Source: Squalus acanthias (lineage: Eukaryota). From it: a DNA stretch of 64,000 nt. The stretch is taken from NCBI GenBank assembly GCA_030390025.1, contig CM059432.1, positions 22,198,001 through 22,262,000 of the forward strand. The letters run 5' to 3'. The position numbers and the translations under genes are program-made. The notes under the pieces are model-generated. The model made no database searches. It was not told the DNA's origin and saw only the letters and a program-made list of their open reading frames with translations. Below are positions 48,764 through 61,047 of the stretch, piece by piece (the stretch's first letter is position 1; every line of letters starts with the position of its first letter).

Positions 48764-49372
48764 TAACAGCCATTTTTTGCTATCTAGTTAGAGAGATAAA
48801 AAACCTAAAGCTAGTTACTAGATTTATCAACAGTCCTGCATCATAGGTGAGATTGCTGTCACCAGCCTGCTGCATTATGATCAGCAATACTGCGGGCCCT
48901 ATTGTATGAAGAGAGCACTTTCCATATTCAAGTGGTTGTTGTGTCAGGCCTCCTCCATCGCATTCTCTTGCTTTCTCATACTGTCCAGAAAATTCAAACA
49001 AGAGAGAATATTGACGGTAAAGTGAAAAAAATAATTACGGAAAAGGAAGACTAAAGAAAAGAAGTGAAAATCAAAGAATGAGAAACAGAGAAAACAGGAT
49101 AAGAGAGAGAAGGAGGTTGGCCATCCTCTGAGGCCCATGTTTAGATGGGAGGTGCACTGGATACATTTTTCACAACTGAAAATCTCATTTAGCATTTGTT
49201 CAATGTTAATAATGCTGGTATTAGCTATGTGGTAATTACTTATGAGAAGATCACCTACTTTGGATCTACCTTACCTTGTTTTTCTCTACAGGCACTGCAC
49301 GACAGTGTAAAGACCAGAGTGCGTGCATGAGAGTGCAGTAGAATAATCATCTGCCCAATGTCTAGGCTTAAT

Positions 49373-50224
49373 GGGCTGGATTTTGAATGACCCGTGGAGT
49401 CGGGTTTGGAGTCGGGGGGTGGGGGTGGGGGTTAAAGTTGCAGATTCGGGGGTCCCGACCCCATCCCGACTCCAACCCGCCTCCATGCCAGTTTCTCTGG
49501 CGGCGGGTACCCGACCTGCTCTGAGGCCCGACTCCCCGAGGCGGGAAGGGATTATTGACAATTAACTGCCTGTTAACAGGTAGTTAACAGACAGTTTTTT
49601 GCATAATCCCTATTTTAAAAACCAAAGTGTGGGCTTCCCGACAGGTGGCAAACACTCCAAGTTATCGGGTCAGGCTGTGGGTCTGCAGGGGTTGAAGGGG
49701 TCGATATGTCCGGTGAGCAGGTCAGTGATGGGTGCATGTGTGCAGAGGTAAGTGTGTAAGGTAATTGCTAAGTGTTGGAAAAAGTTTTACTTACCTTAAC
49801 TTCCTCCTGCAGGTGTCAGCCCTTCAGTACTCGGGAGTCAGAAATCTCACCGGCACAGAATGCAGAAAAGCCGTGGACCTGTCAAAAACTGCAGCCTTCT
49901 GTTTTCTGTGCTGGAATGATTTCTAACTCAGCCTGAAAGGAAGGATTGAAGTTAGAAATCATATTGTGAGTGTTTGACAGCTTCACAGAGCTGTCAAACG
50001 CTGATATTTCATCTGTCAAAAGCTCTTGACAGATGAAATGTCAGTCTGTGACGTCACCTGTTGCCGGGTGGCCCTTAATTGGTCTGCTGAGCCCACTGGG
50101 CGGGCTCAACAAGGTCAATCAAGGGAAAATACAGTGGGTTGGCCACATCTCGATGGAGGCGGGTTCACAAGCCAGAATGTGTGATTCCTGACCCCAACAC
50201 GACTCCAACTTCAAAATCCTGCCC
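49373..50224. mobile_element. Harbinger-type MITE family B (inverted relative to 30987)
   Basis: TIRs gggctggattttgaa / ttcaaaatcctgccc with TSD aat (49370-49372, 50225-50227). Confidence 0.9.
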
Positions 50225-50616
50225 AATGTCTTAGTCCTCTTTAGAAGCTAATCTTGGGCTGATCTGTGTCTGTGCATAGCTAAGTGACTGACATTATCAT
50301 CATCATCAATGATATTGAGCATTAGTTTTGCTCCTCAATTGGATCAGTAGGTAAATATGTTACTTGTGATAGTACTGAGCCATACAGACCAGGAGGTTTG
50401 ACTTCTGAGCTGTGCTGATTTAGCCCATTTCAGCTGGAGCAGTGTTGGAGCACTGTATTCAATTCCAGGCTAGACACAGTCAAATCAACTGGGGCTCAAC
50501 TCTGAATAACATTCCAGTGAGCCCTGTTGAAATTGCGCCTGTGTGGACATCAAACAAGTACTGGTTTGAGCTAGGCTGTTACGGGCTGTGCAATCAAACT
50601 TGCCTACTGATATTCA

Positions 50617-51365
50617 GAGCTGGATTTTCAATGACCCGTGGAGTCGGGTTTGGAGGCGTGTGGGGGGTTAAAGTTGCAGATTCGGGGGTCCCGACCCCAT
50701 CCCGCCTCCAACCCGCCTCCACGCAATTTTGATAAAATCGTGTGCAGTGTTCCCGACTCTGTCCCGCCTCCAAGAGGTGGGAGAGGCCATTAAAGCCCTT
50801 AACAAGCCCTAAATTGGCTCTGTAATGCCATTTTGAAATGTTTTAGCTAGTTTAACCCTTTTCTGACGTGAAGCACGCCTGATGTGAAACACGCCAGTGA
50901 AACCTGGTGGGAGCACAAGTGGATAGCTGAGTATCAGCTGCAGGTCCACTATTACAACGGAGATGTGATGAAGGTAGTAGTAGTATTAGGTCTGAAAGTC
51001 GCCTCTGATGCTGCTGCATTGAATGTCTTCAGAGACTGCCGGGGCCTTTGGAGGACCTGGATGGAAAAAAAAATTCTCTCTCTCTCTCTCTCTCTCAGAT
51101 GCTGCTCATTTTGCATCCAGGTCCTCTCACAGCAAAGGCCAGGCAATCTCTGAGACCAGGCAGTCTCTGACCTGCAATGATAACATCATCAGAGGCGACT
51201 TTCAGACTGAAACCACTAATTGGTTCATGGGTTCCCACATACTGGAACTCAATTGCCCAATTAAGTGAAAATTGCATCAATCTCCCACATCCAATTTCAG
51301 GCGGGTGGATAACACGAAATGCGGATGACACGACCCCAACCCGCCCCAGTATCAAAATCCAGCCC
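50617..51365. mobile_element. Harbinger-type MITE family A (inverted relative to 34840)
   Basis: TIRs gagctggatttt / aaaatccagccc with TSD tca (50614-50616, 51366-51368). Confidence 0.9.
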
Positions 51366-51545
51366 TCACTGTCCAGGCTTACACGTGAGAAACAGTCATT
51401 TGGATGAGGCACTGGAAGACTGCTGGCAGCTGTAGAACAGTGTCACAACATGAATCATCACCTTCAGGGAGGACAGATGGAAAGAGAGGTAGGGGTGGGA
51501 AAGAGGACCATTCTAATGTCTTAAATGTAAACATTATAGCACTTT

Positions 51546-51780
51546 GTCAGCCTTGGTTCAGTGGTAAGATTCTTGCCTTGAGTTAGAAGGTCATGAGTTT
51601 AAGCCCTACTCCAGAGAACTTGAGCACAAGATCTAGGCTAATAATTCAGTGCAGTATCATAGGTCCTGTCTTTCAGATAAGATGTTAAACAAAGGCCACA
51701 ACTGCCTGCTCAGGTAGATGTAGAAGATCTCGTTGCAATATTAGAAGCAGAGTAGGGGACTTCTCCTGGTGATCCCCCAC
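51546..51780 (+). mobile_element. Partial Deu-domain SINE
   Basis: Head and Deu core homologous to 48303-48560. Confidence 0.65.
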
Positions 51781-52022
51781 CATTAGCCTAAGCTCATTGA
51801 AACCAAATTCACCTAGTGAAAGGACAATATACTTGTCCTCTACACTACACATTCCTTTACTTTTCTTCTTTTCATCTATTTAAACCAGCTATTACAGTGT
51901 GATTACTGATTTGTTTTGGAATATATAACTAATTTTGGAAACTGGATCTTAGGTTGTTCCTCAATTACATGCCTGTCATTATTCTGATGTTAAAGCAGAC
52001 CCTTTTGCTGATCAAAATAATG

Positions 52023-52787
52023 GGTCTGAATTTGCTGGAGCGGGGCATCTCGTGGCTTGCCCAGTTAGTTAGATTTTTTCCTGCACCGTTCAGCTCAAAA
52101 ATGTTTTGCCCTTTAAGTTGCTGGAAGTGCAGGCTGATAATGGCACAGTGAGGGCAACAGGGCATCTGGAACCTTGGTGAACAATGGGGCCAACAGTGAA
52201 TTTCCTTAAATAATGAGATTTAAAGATTGAGAAATAAACAGAGGAGGGACTGAGAAGGAGGGTGAATTAGAGTGGGTGAATTCAATGTCAAATCAGGTAC
52301 AGAAAGAAAAATAAAGAGAGGGAAAGAAAGATTGGATTAAGAGAGAGAGAAAAAGAGACAGAAAGGAAAAGTAAGAAAACAATTTGAAATTTAAAAATTT
52401 GAAATTAAAAAAATCTCCAACAACAATTCAATACCCGAAGGAATGAGACTCCACACTTATAATTGTTTACTTTTTGGGCCAGAGAGGTTGATTGGCAACC
52501 TTTAACAATTGTCACATGATTAAAAGGGTACTTAACTGTTAGTTACTAGACTTAACTTCCTGTGGTGAATTTAATGGGCAATTAGTGTGCAAATGCAGCA
52601 ACATCATGAAACTCACGGGGAGGTTAAGAGCGAAATGCAGTATTTGTGAAGCTAATGACAGAGCGGTGCAAATTGTCCCGCAACCTCTGGTGATTGGTAA
52701 TTCATGGGATATCACTTCCTCGTCACAAATTGCTGGATGATTTGCACATTAATAACAGTGTGTGTCCTTTTTCAGCAAAGTCTGGCC
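52023..52787. mobile_element. Harbinger-type MITE
   Basis: TIRs ggtctgaatttgctg / cagcaaagtctggcc; TSD ambiguous. Confidence 0.65.
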
Positions 52788-52896
52788 TATGGTTTTCTTA
52801 ATGGTCAGGTAGTGAATATGTTAACAATGTTAACACTTAAATAAAAATGAGAAGTCGCACAACACCAGGTTATAGTCCAACAGATTTATTTAAAAT

Positions 52897-52932
52897 TACA
52901 AGCTTTCGGAGCTGTCGCCCCTTCCTCAGGTA
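52897..52932 (-). ncRNA. Minimal hammerhead ribozyme, minus-strand copy
   Basis: Reverse complement of 52958-52993. Confidence 0.8.
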
Positions 52933-52957
52933 GAGTTACTGTTACTCACAGTAACTC

Positions 52958-52993
52958 TACCTGAGGAAGGGGCGACAGCTCCGAAAGCTTGTA
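52958..52993 (+). ncRNA. Minimal hammerhead ribozyme, plus-strand copy
   Basis: tac-CTGAGGA-a-ggggc/gaca/gctcc-GAAA-gc-TT-gta; stem III is the palindrome AAGCTT. Confidence 0.8.
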
Positions 52994-54364
52994 ATTTTAA
53001 ATAAATCTGTTGGACTATAACCTGGTGTTGTGCGACTTCTCATTTTTGTCCACCCCAGTCCAACGCCGGCATCTCCACATCATGAACACTTAAATAGATA
53101 TGGTGTAACAAAAAAACAAAATACTGCAGATGCCAGAAATCTTCAACGAGCGACCCTGACCCTTGCTTACACTGATTGCATGAAAAAGGAAAATGTTTCA
53201 ATCCCCAGCATTAACATCCCTCAATTTTACGAGTACAAATATTCACACACACAAAAAACACAGAAGTGCAAAATAATTTATCTCTTACAATAAGTGTACT
53301 GATATCTCTACTTTTAACAGTTATTAACATAACTGTCTGAATATGAGTGATAGGTTGAGCACCAACCAATGGCCAAATTAAGAGTTTTGTGCCAGGGGTC
53401 TTTAGCTATAGTATAAAGGCTTTAAAAAGAGAGATGGTCAGGAGCGCAAAATGATTACTGCAGTCTGCTGCTGCTGAAACAAAGGAGGATTAGGACGATG
53501 ATGACACTAGAAGGTGGTAATAATATTGTTGTATCTGGATAAACAATAAAAATATCTGTGACTTATCTGTGATTAAATGCTTAACATCACTGTTTAAATT
53601 ACACCATCAATCTAAATCATTGAACAATTAACTAGTAAAGGCCATACACCCCTCCATTCAAATGAGAGGGACCAGATCAATGTTCAGCTATTAAATTGAT
53701 ATCAACTAAAACACAAAAAGAAAAAGACAATTCGATAGCTGGCAGTTCCTCTACTGTTCGGCTACTGTGTAAAAACTTTAATAGATTAGATTTTGATGAT
53801 CCCTATGATATCATAATTTTTTTTTTAGTTTTCAAACGTCCTCTTCTAAAGGCAGTGACTCATTCTGCCTTTATGGTTCCCTGGGGATTGACTACCCTCT
53901 GCAGCACATCCAGGTGGCCATTCTTTACGAATGAATCGACACTGTGACGGCACGTGATTTGACCCAGTCCTGTCCTTAACCAACATCACCGATCCCAACT
54001 TTCCAGCAAGTTCACCAGTGATCAAGAGAAGAAACCGTCTGAGATTAATGATTAGAATACAGCACTTTATCACATAGGAATGATAGGGCATAGTAGGAAA
54101 ATATTAAAATAACACCTGAATTCGGAAAAGTTACTGAAACGCAGCCAAAAGCTGGAAGCTTGAAGCAGTGAAACTTAATGAAAGAATTTCCACACAGCAC
54201 TTCAGAATGGTGACACCTGATTAGAAATAATTGTTCCCTTTCTACAGGCCAAACCTCCTTGGAATGCATGTTTTACTAAGTTTCCCTGACCTAAACTGCT
54301 GATGGTAGCAAAACTGAACTGCCCTGCAGCAGCATTTTGGCACCATGTCCCTTTTTTGGGTCTG

Positions 54365-54570
54365 CATTAAAGAGAGGCTTGATGCACACATGAAGGAGAA
54401 GGGACAAGAGGAAAATGGTGGCAGGGTGTGGAGAGGTAATTGGGGGGGGGGGGAGTGTCAGGTGGGGGTGTGGTGGGGGGTCGGCTAATGTGGAATATAA
54501 ACATCAGCATAGACCAGTTGGGCTGAATGGCCTGTTTCTGTGCTGTAGATTCTATGTAATTCCATGCAAT
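54365..54570 (+). mobile_element. CR1-type 3' terminal fragment
   Basis: gaccagttgggctgaatggcctgtttctgtgctgtagattctatgtaattccatg tail. Confidence 0.7.
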
Positions 54571-54692
54571 TAGAACTTACACTAACTATGCATTTATAAG
54601 ATTCACATATCCTCAGTAGCATTAAAGTCATGTTTGTGACTTTGGAGCAAGTGCGTAATCATGAATCGCACCCATGACAGTCCTCAATTGCA

Positions 54693-56232
54693 GACAGGAA
54701 ACAGAGAGTAGGAATAAATGGGTCTTTTTCGGGGTGGCAGGCGGTGAATGGTGGGGTACTGCAGGGATCAGTGCGTGGGCCCCAGCTATTCACAATACAT
54801 ATCAATGATTTGGATGAGGGAACCAAATGTAATATTTACAAGTTTGCTGACGACACAAAACTAGGTGGGATTGTGAGTTGTGAGGAGGATGAAAAGAGGC
54901 TTCAAGGTGATTTAGACAAGTTGATTGAGCAGGCAAATACATGGCAGATGCAGTATAACGTGGATAAATGTGAAGTTATCCATTTCGGTAGGAAAAACAG
55001 AAAGGTAGAGTATTATTTAAATGCTGATAGATTGGGAAATGCTGATGTACAACGGGACCTGGGTGTCCTTGTACACCAGTCACTGAAAGCAAACATGCAG
55101 GTGCAGCAAGCAGTTAGGAAGGCAAATGGTATGTTGGCCTTCATTGCAAGAGGATTTGAGTACAGGAGCAAGGATGTCTTACTACAGTTGTGATTCTGTG
55201 ATTCTGTGAGTTGTACAGGGCCTTGGTGAGACCACACCTGGAGTACTGTGTGCAATTTTGGTCTCTTTACCTAAGAAATGATATACTTGCCATAGAGGGA
55301 GTGCAGCAAAGGTTGACCAGACTGATTCTTGGGATGGCAGGACTGTCGTATGAGGAGAGATTGGGTTGACTAGGCTTGTATTCACTAGAGTTTAGAAGAA
55401 TGAGAGGGGATCTCATTGAAACGTATAAAATTCTGACAGGGCTAGACAGACTGGATGCAGGGAGGATGTTTCCCCTGGCTGGGGGTCTAGAACGAGAGCT
55501 CACAGTCTCAGGATATGGGGTAGGACGTTTGGGACTGAGATGAGGAGAAATGTCTTCACTCAGAGGGTGGTGAACCTGTGGAATTCTCTACCACAGAAGG
55601 CTGTGGAGGCCAAGTCACTGAATATATTTAAGAAGGAGATAGATAGATTTCTAGACACAAAAGGCATCAAGGGGTATGGGGAGAGATTGGGAATATGGTA
55701 TTGAGATAGAGGACCAGCCATGATCATATTGAATGGCGGAGCAGGGTCATAGAGGCACAGAGTTATACAGCACAGAAAGAGGCCCTTCGGCCAATCGTGT
55801 CCGCGCCGGCCATCTAGCCCTGTCTATTCTAACCCCATTTTCCAGCCCTTGGTCCGTAGCCTTGTATGCTATGGCATTTCATGTGCTCATCTAAATGCTT
55901 CTTGAATGTTGTGAGGGTTCCTGCCTCTACCACCCTTTCAGGCAGTGAGTTCCAGATTCCAACCACCCTCTGGGTGAAAAAGTTTTTCCTCAAATCCCCT
56001 CTAAACCTCCTTCCCCTTACCTTGAAACTATGCCCCCTGGTTATTGACCCCTCTACTAAGGGGAAAAGTTCCTTTCTATCTACCCTATCTATGCCCCTCA
56101 TAATTTTGTACACCTCAATCAGGTCCCCCCTCAGCCTTCTCTGCTCTAAGGAAAACAACCCCAGCCTGTCCAGTCTCGGTCGAAGGGCTGAAATGCCTAC
56201 TCCTGCTCCTATTTTTCTATGTTTCTATGTTT
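54693..56232 (+). mobile_element. CR1 3' half, with its 3'UTR split by an antisense CR1
   Basis: ORF 54744-55193 has RT motifs; the 3'UTR stops at ~55746 and resumes at ~56176 with the tail. Confidence 0.9.
55749..56175 (-). mobile_element. CR1 3' fragment
   Basis: ORF 55829-56158 FSLEQRRLRGDLIEVYKI..WNSLP. Confidence 0.9.
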
Positions 56233-56713
56233 AATCCACCTTTCAGTATAAACCTCAAAGGTAGTAATCTCTGGATTAAACCCGGTGCCACATGCTAGTG
56301 AGTACAGAAACACGAGGATAGAGCAGATGAATGCGTGGCTGGAGAGATGGTGCAGGAGGAAGGGCTTTAGATTCCTGAGGCATTGGGACCATTTCTGGGG
56401 GAGGTGGGACCTGTACAAGCCAGACGGGTTGCACCTCAACAGGACCGGAACCAATATCCTCACGGCAGGGTTTGCTAGTGCTGTTGGGGAGGGTTTAAAC
56501 TAGCTTGACAGGGGGATGGGAATCTGAGAGTGGATTCAGAAGGGAGAGAAGCAAAGCCTGAAATGGAAGGCAGAAAATTAGTAAGCAAGTTTGGTAGGCA
56601 GAGGAAACAAAGGCTAGAAAACATAGAAACATAGAAGATAGGAGCAGGAGTAGGCCATTCGGCCCCTGGAGCCTGCTCTGCCATTCGATGAGATCATGGC
56701 TGATCATCCAAAC

Positions 56714-59555
56714 TCAGTACCCTGTACCTGCCTTCTCCCCATATCCCTTGATACCTTTAGCTTTAAGAAATATATCTAACTCATTCTTGAATATATTGAA
56801 TGACTTGGCCTCAACTACCTTCTGTGGTAGAGAATTCCACAGGTTCACCACTCTCTGGGTGAAGAAATTCTTCCTCATTTCTGTCCTAAATGGTTTACCC
56901 GTTATCCTTAGATTATGACCCCTGGTTCTGGACTCTCCGACCATCGGGAACATTCTTCCTGCATCTAGTTTGTCCAGACCTGTCAGAATTTTATATGTTT
57001 CGATGAGATCCCCTCTCATTCTTCTATACTCCAGCGAGTATAAGCCCAATCGACCCAATCTCTCCTCATACGTTATTCCTGCCATCCCAGGTATCAGCCT
57101 TGTGAATCTTCGTTGAACTCCTTCCATGGCAAGAACATCCTTCCTCAGATAAGGCGACCAAAACTGCACACAGTACTCAAGGTGTGGTCTCACCAAGGCC
57201 CTGTACAACTGCAGCAGGACATCCCTGTTCCTTTACTCAAACCCTTTTGCTATGAAGGCCAACATACCATTTGCCTTCTTCACCGCCTGCTGCACCTGCA
57301 TGCTTACTTTCAGCGACTGGTGCACAAGGACACCCAGGTCTCGTTGCACTTCCCCATCTCCCAATCTATTGCCATTCAAATAATAGTCTGCCTTTCTGTT
57401 TTTGACACCAAAGTGGATAACCTCGCATTTATCCACGTTATATTGCATCTGCCACACTTCTGCCCACTCACCCAACCTGTCCAAATCATCCTGGAGTTTC
57501 TCGGTATCCTCCTCGCAGCGCACACTCCCACCCAGCTTTGTGTCATCTGCAAACTTGGAGATATTACATTTAGTTCCCTTATCTAGATCATTAATGTATA
57601 TTGTGAATAGCTGGGGTCCAAGGACCGATCCCTGCGGTACCCCACTAGTCACTGCTTGCAACTCGGAAAAAGACCCATTAATTCCTACACTCTGCTTTCT
57701 GTCCGCCAACCAGTTCTCTATCCAAGTCAATACCTTGCCCCCAATCCCATGTGCCTTAACTTTACACGCTAATCTCTTATGCGGGACCTTATTGAAAGCC
57801 TTTTGAAAGTCCAAATACACCACATCTACTGGTTCTCTCTTATCTATTTTCCCAGTTACATCCTCAAAAAATTCCAGTAGATTAGTCAAGCACGATTTAC
57901 CTTTTGTAAATCCGTGTTGACTTTGTCCGATCCTGTCACTGTTTTTCAAGTGCTCAGCTATTACATCCTTTATAATGGACTCTAGCATTTTCCCCACTAC
58001 CGATGTCAGGCTTACCGGTCTGTAATTCCCTGCTTTCTCTCTACCACCCTTTTTGAATAGTGGGGTAACATTAGCTACCCTCCAATCCATGGGTACAGTT
58101 CCAGATTCCATCGAATGTTGGAAGATGATCAGCAATGCATTTACTATTTCTAGGGCCACTTCCTTAAGTGCCCTAGGATGTAGATTACCTGGCCCTGGGG
58201 ATTTATCGGCCTTCAATCCCGTCAATTTCCCTAACACCATTTCCCTGCAAATACTGATTTCTTTCAGTTCCTCCCTTTCATCAGACCGTATGTTCTCCAA
58301 CATCTCTGGGAGGTTATTTATGTCCTCCTTTGTGAAGACAGAACCAAAATATGCATTTAATTGGTCTGCCATTTCTTTGTTCCCCATTATTACTTCCCCC
58401 ACTTCTGACTGCAAGCGACCTACACTTTATTTCACTAATCTTTTTCTCTTCACATATCTATCAAAGCTCTTACAGTCAGTTTTTATGTTCCCAGCAAGCT
58501 TACTTTCATATTCTATTTTCCCCTTCTTAATTAATCCCTTTGTCCTCCTTTGTTCAATCCTAAACTGCTCCCAATCCTCAGGGTTACCGCTTTTTCTGGC
58601 CAATTTATATGCCCTCTCCTTGAATCTTATGCTATCCCTAATTTCCCTTGTTAGCCATGGTTGAGTCACCCTTTTTGTTTTATTCTTATGCCACACTGGG
58701 ATGAACCAATTCTGCAGTCTTTGAATGTTTGCCATTGCCTATCCACCGTCAACCCCTTCAGTGACATTCCCCAATCAATCCTACCCAATTCGCGCCTCAT
58801 ACCATCGTAGTTTCCTTTATTTAAATTCAGGACCCTAGTCTCTGATTCAACTCTTTCACTCTCCATCCTAATGAAGAATTCTATCATATTATGATCACTC
58901 TGACCCAAGGGGCCTCGTACAACAAGATTGCTAATTAATCCTTTCTCATTACATAATACCCAGTCTAAGATGGCCTGATCTCTGGTTGGTTCCTCGACAT
59001 ATTGTTCCAGAAAACCATCCCGTAAACATTCTAGGAATTCCTCCTCCACAGTATTTTTACTAATTTGGTTAGCCCAATCTATATGTAAATTAAAGTCACC
59101 CATGATGACTGCTGTGCCCTTACTGCATGTTTCTCTAATTTCCCTTTTAATGCCGTCCCCAACCTCTGTATTACTGTTTGGACGTCTATATACCACTCCC
59201 ACTAACGTTTTCTGCCCCTTCTCAGTTCTGACCATACAGATTCCGCATCATCAGATCTAATATCCTTCCTTTCAATTGTGTTAATCCCCTCTTTAACCAG
59301 CAATGCTACCCCACCTCCCTTTCTTTTTTGCCTATCTTTCCTAAATATTGAATAACCCTGGATGTTGAGTTCCCAGCCTTGGCCACCCTGGAGCCATGTT
59401 TCTGTAATCCCAATCAAATCGTGTTCATTTACCTCTATTTGCGCAGCTAATTCATCCACCTTGTTCCGAATGCTCCTTGCATTAAGACACAAAGCCTTCA
59501 GGCTTGTTTTTTTTATGCTCTCAGACCTATATGAATTATTATTTACTGTGACCAT
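56714..59555 (-). pseudogene. CR1 ORF2 (APE endonuclease + RT), frameshifted
   Basis: ORFs 59202-59555, 58666-59235, 58427-58735, 57233-58414 and 56714-57208 contain LNARS, ITETW, MGDFN, SDH and FADDTKL. Confidence 0.93.
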
Positions 59556-59677
59556 GTTTGATTTAAACCGTTGAGTTCTTTGCCTTCTACTTTTGTTTTT
59601 CTCCTTCCTGTCTTTAGCTTTTATGCTTTTTTCCCTTTCCTCTGTCTCCCTGCTCAGGTTCCCAACCCCCTGCCACT

Positions 59678-60629
59678 TTAGTTTAAACCCTCCCCAACAG
59701 CACTAGCAAACATTCCCCCTAGGACATCAGTCCCGGCCCTGCCCAGGTGCAGACCATCCCGTTTGTACTAGTCCCACTTCCCCCAGAACCAGTTCCAATG
59801 TCCAAGGAATTTGAATCCCTCCCCCTTGCACCATTCCTCTAGCCACGTATTCATTTGAAATATCCGCCTATTTCTACTCTGACTAGCACGTGGCACTGGT
59901 AGCAATCCTGAGATTACTACCTTTGAGGTCCTATTTTTTAATTTACCTCCTAACTCCCTATATTCTGCTTTTAGGACCTCATCCCATTTTTTACCTATAT
60001 CGTTGATGACTATGTGCACCACGACAACCGGCTGTTCGCCCTCCCCCTTCAAAATTTTCTGTAGCCGCTCCGAGACGTCCTTGACCCTTGCACCAGGGAG
60101 GCAACACACCATCCTGGAGTCTCGTTTGCGGACCGCAGAAACGCCTATCTATTCCCCTTACAATTGAATCCCCAATCACTATAGCTCTTCCACACTTTTT
60201 ACTCCCAGCCTGTGCAGCAGAGCCACCCATGGTGCCAGGAAGTTGGCTGCTGCCACCTTCCCCTGGTTAGTCATCCCCCCTAACAGCATCCAAAGTGGTA
60301 TATCTGTTTGAGAGGGGGATGGCCACAGGGGATCCCTGCACTACCTGCCTGCACCTCTTACTCTGCCTGGTGGTCACCCATTCACTTCCTGCCTGTACAC
60401 CCTTTACGTGCGGTGTGACCTACTCTCTAAACGTGCTATCCACAACGTTCTGAGCATCGCAAATGCTCCAATATGCATCCATCCACAGCTCCAGCGCCGC
60501 AATGCGGTCCGTCAGTAGCTGCAGCTAGATACATTTCCCACACACATGCTCGTCAGGGACACAGGAAGCGTCCCTGATTCCCCACATATAGCAGGAGGAG
60601 TATATCACGGGGCAGAGCTCTCCTGCCGT
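59678..60629 (-). pseudogene. CR1 ORF1 (Cys-rich N-terminus + SGNH/GDSL esterase), disrupted
   Basis: A CPVIYSSC..HVCGKC N-terminus, then IVIGDSIVRG, CCLPGARVKDV, NDIG and DGLHL. The start appears mutated to ACG. Confidence 0.85.
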
Positions 60630-60897
60630 GACTTACCCTTTAATTAATTAATTAAAATTAAACTAATTGAATTTCACCAATTTCGCTTCAATTAAATGAT
60701 ATACTCAAGGGCCCTTGCTTAACAGCAGTCCCCGCTACACCACAGAGACTCTAGAAACTATTAACTACAGAATTTAAGTATGGAAAAAAGGAGAAAGAGA
60801 GAAATACTCACCAACCAATCACTTACCTGCTTTCTGGTGACGTCACACTTTTATTTTTTACTTCTCTCTCTCCCGCTCTCGGAGCTCAGATTGGTAA

Positions 60898-61047
60898 GCC
60901 TATCTGGTCGCTGCCGCCTTTTACCGCCGCCGCCTCGCTGCTGTCGCTCCACCCAGGTCCGCTGCCTCTGTGGGCCTACCTGGTCGCTGCCGCCTTTTAC
61001 CGCCGCCGCCTCGCCGCTGTCGCTCCACCCAGGTCCGCTGCCTCTGT
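60898..61047. repeat. Two GC-rich 76-bp tandem units at the CR1 5' end
   Basis: Units start at 60898 and 60974 and differ at 2 positions. Confidence 0.9.

Larger units (their letters stand above)
52843..53084 (+). mobile_element. Fold-back Penelope-type pLTR retroposon: perfect 100-bp hairpin with two intact hammerheads
   Basis: Arms 52843-52942 and 52948-53047 are exact reverse complements, followed by a 37-bp tail. The 12-bp TSD aacacttaaata lies at 52832-52843 and 53085-53096. Confidence 0.92.
56616..61047 (-). mobile_element. Near full-length CR1 LINE (5'UTR, ORF1, ORF2, 3' tail)
   Basis: Continuous ORF1-APE-RT homology with several frameshifts, a tail of (atgtttct)n, and flanks tagaaaacat / tagacaacat as an imperfect TSD. 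Confidence 0.95.

Noticed and set aside
48780..49100. Possible minus-strand acceptor and exon (YEKARECDGG.. or MRKQENAMEEA*)
   Set aside because: No recognisable protein, no convincing donor, and the pyrimidine tract is low-complexity sequence.
49270..49340. Strong plus-strand acceptor ttgtttttctctacag overlapping a minus-strand donor
   Set aside because: All plus-strand frames stop within ~17 codons and there are no partner sites.
53846..54091. 81-aa minus ORF in unique sequence
   Set aside because: No domain recognised and the splice signals are weak.
60898..61047. CRISPR-like repeats
   Set aside because: Two contiguous tandem units without spacers in a eukaryotic LINE UTR; no cas genes.
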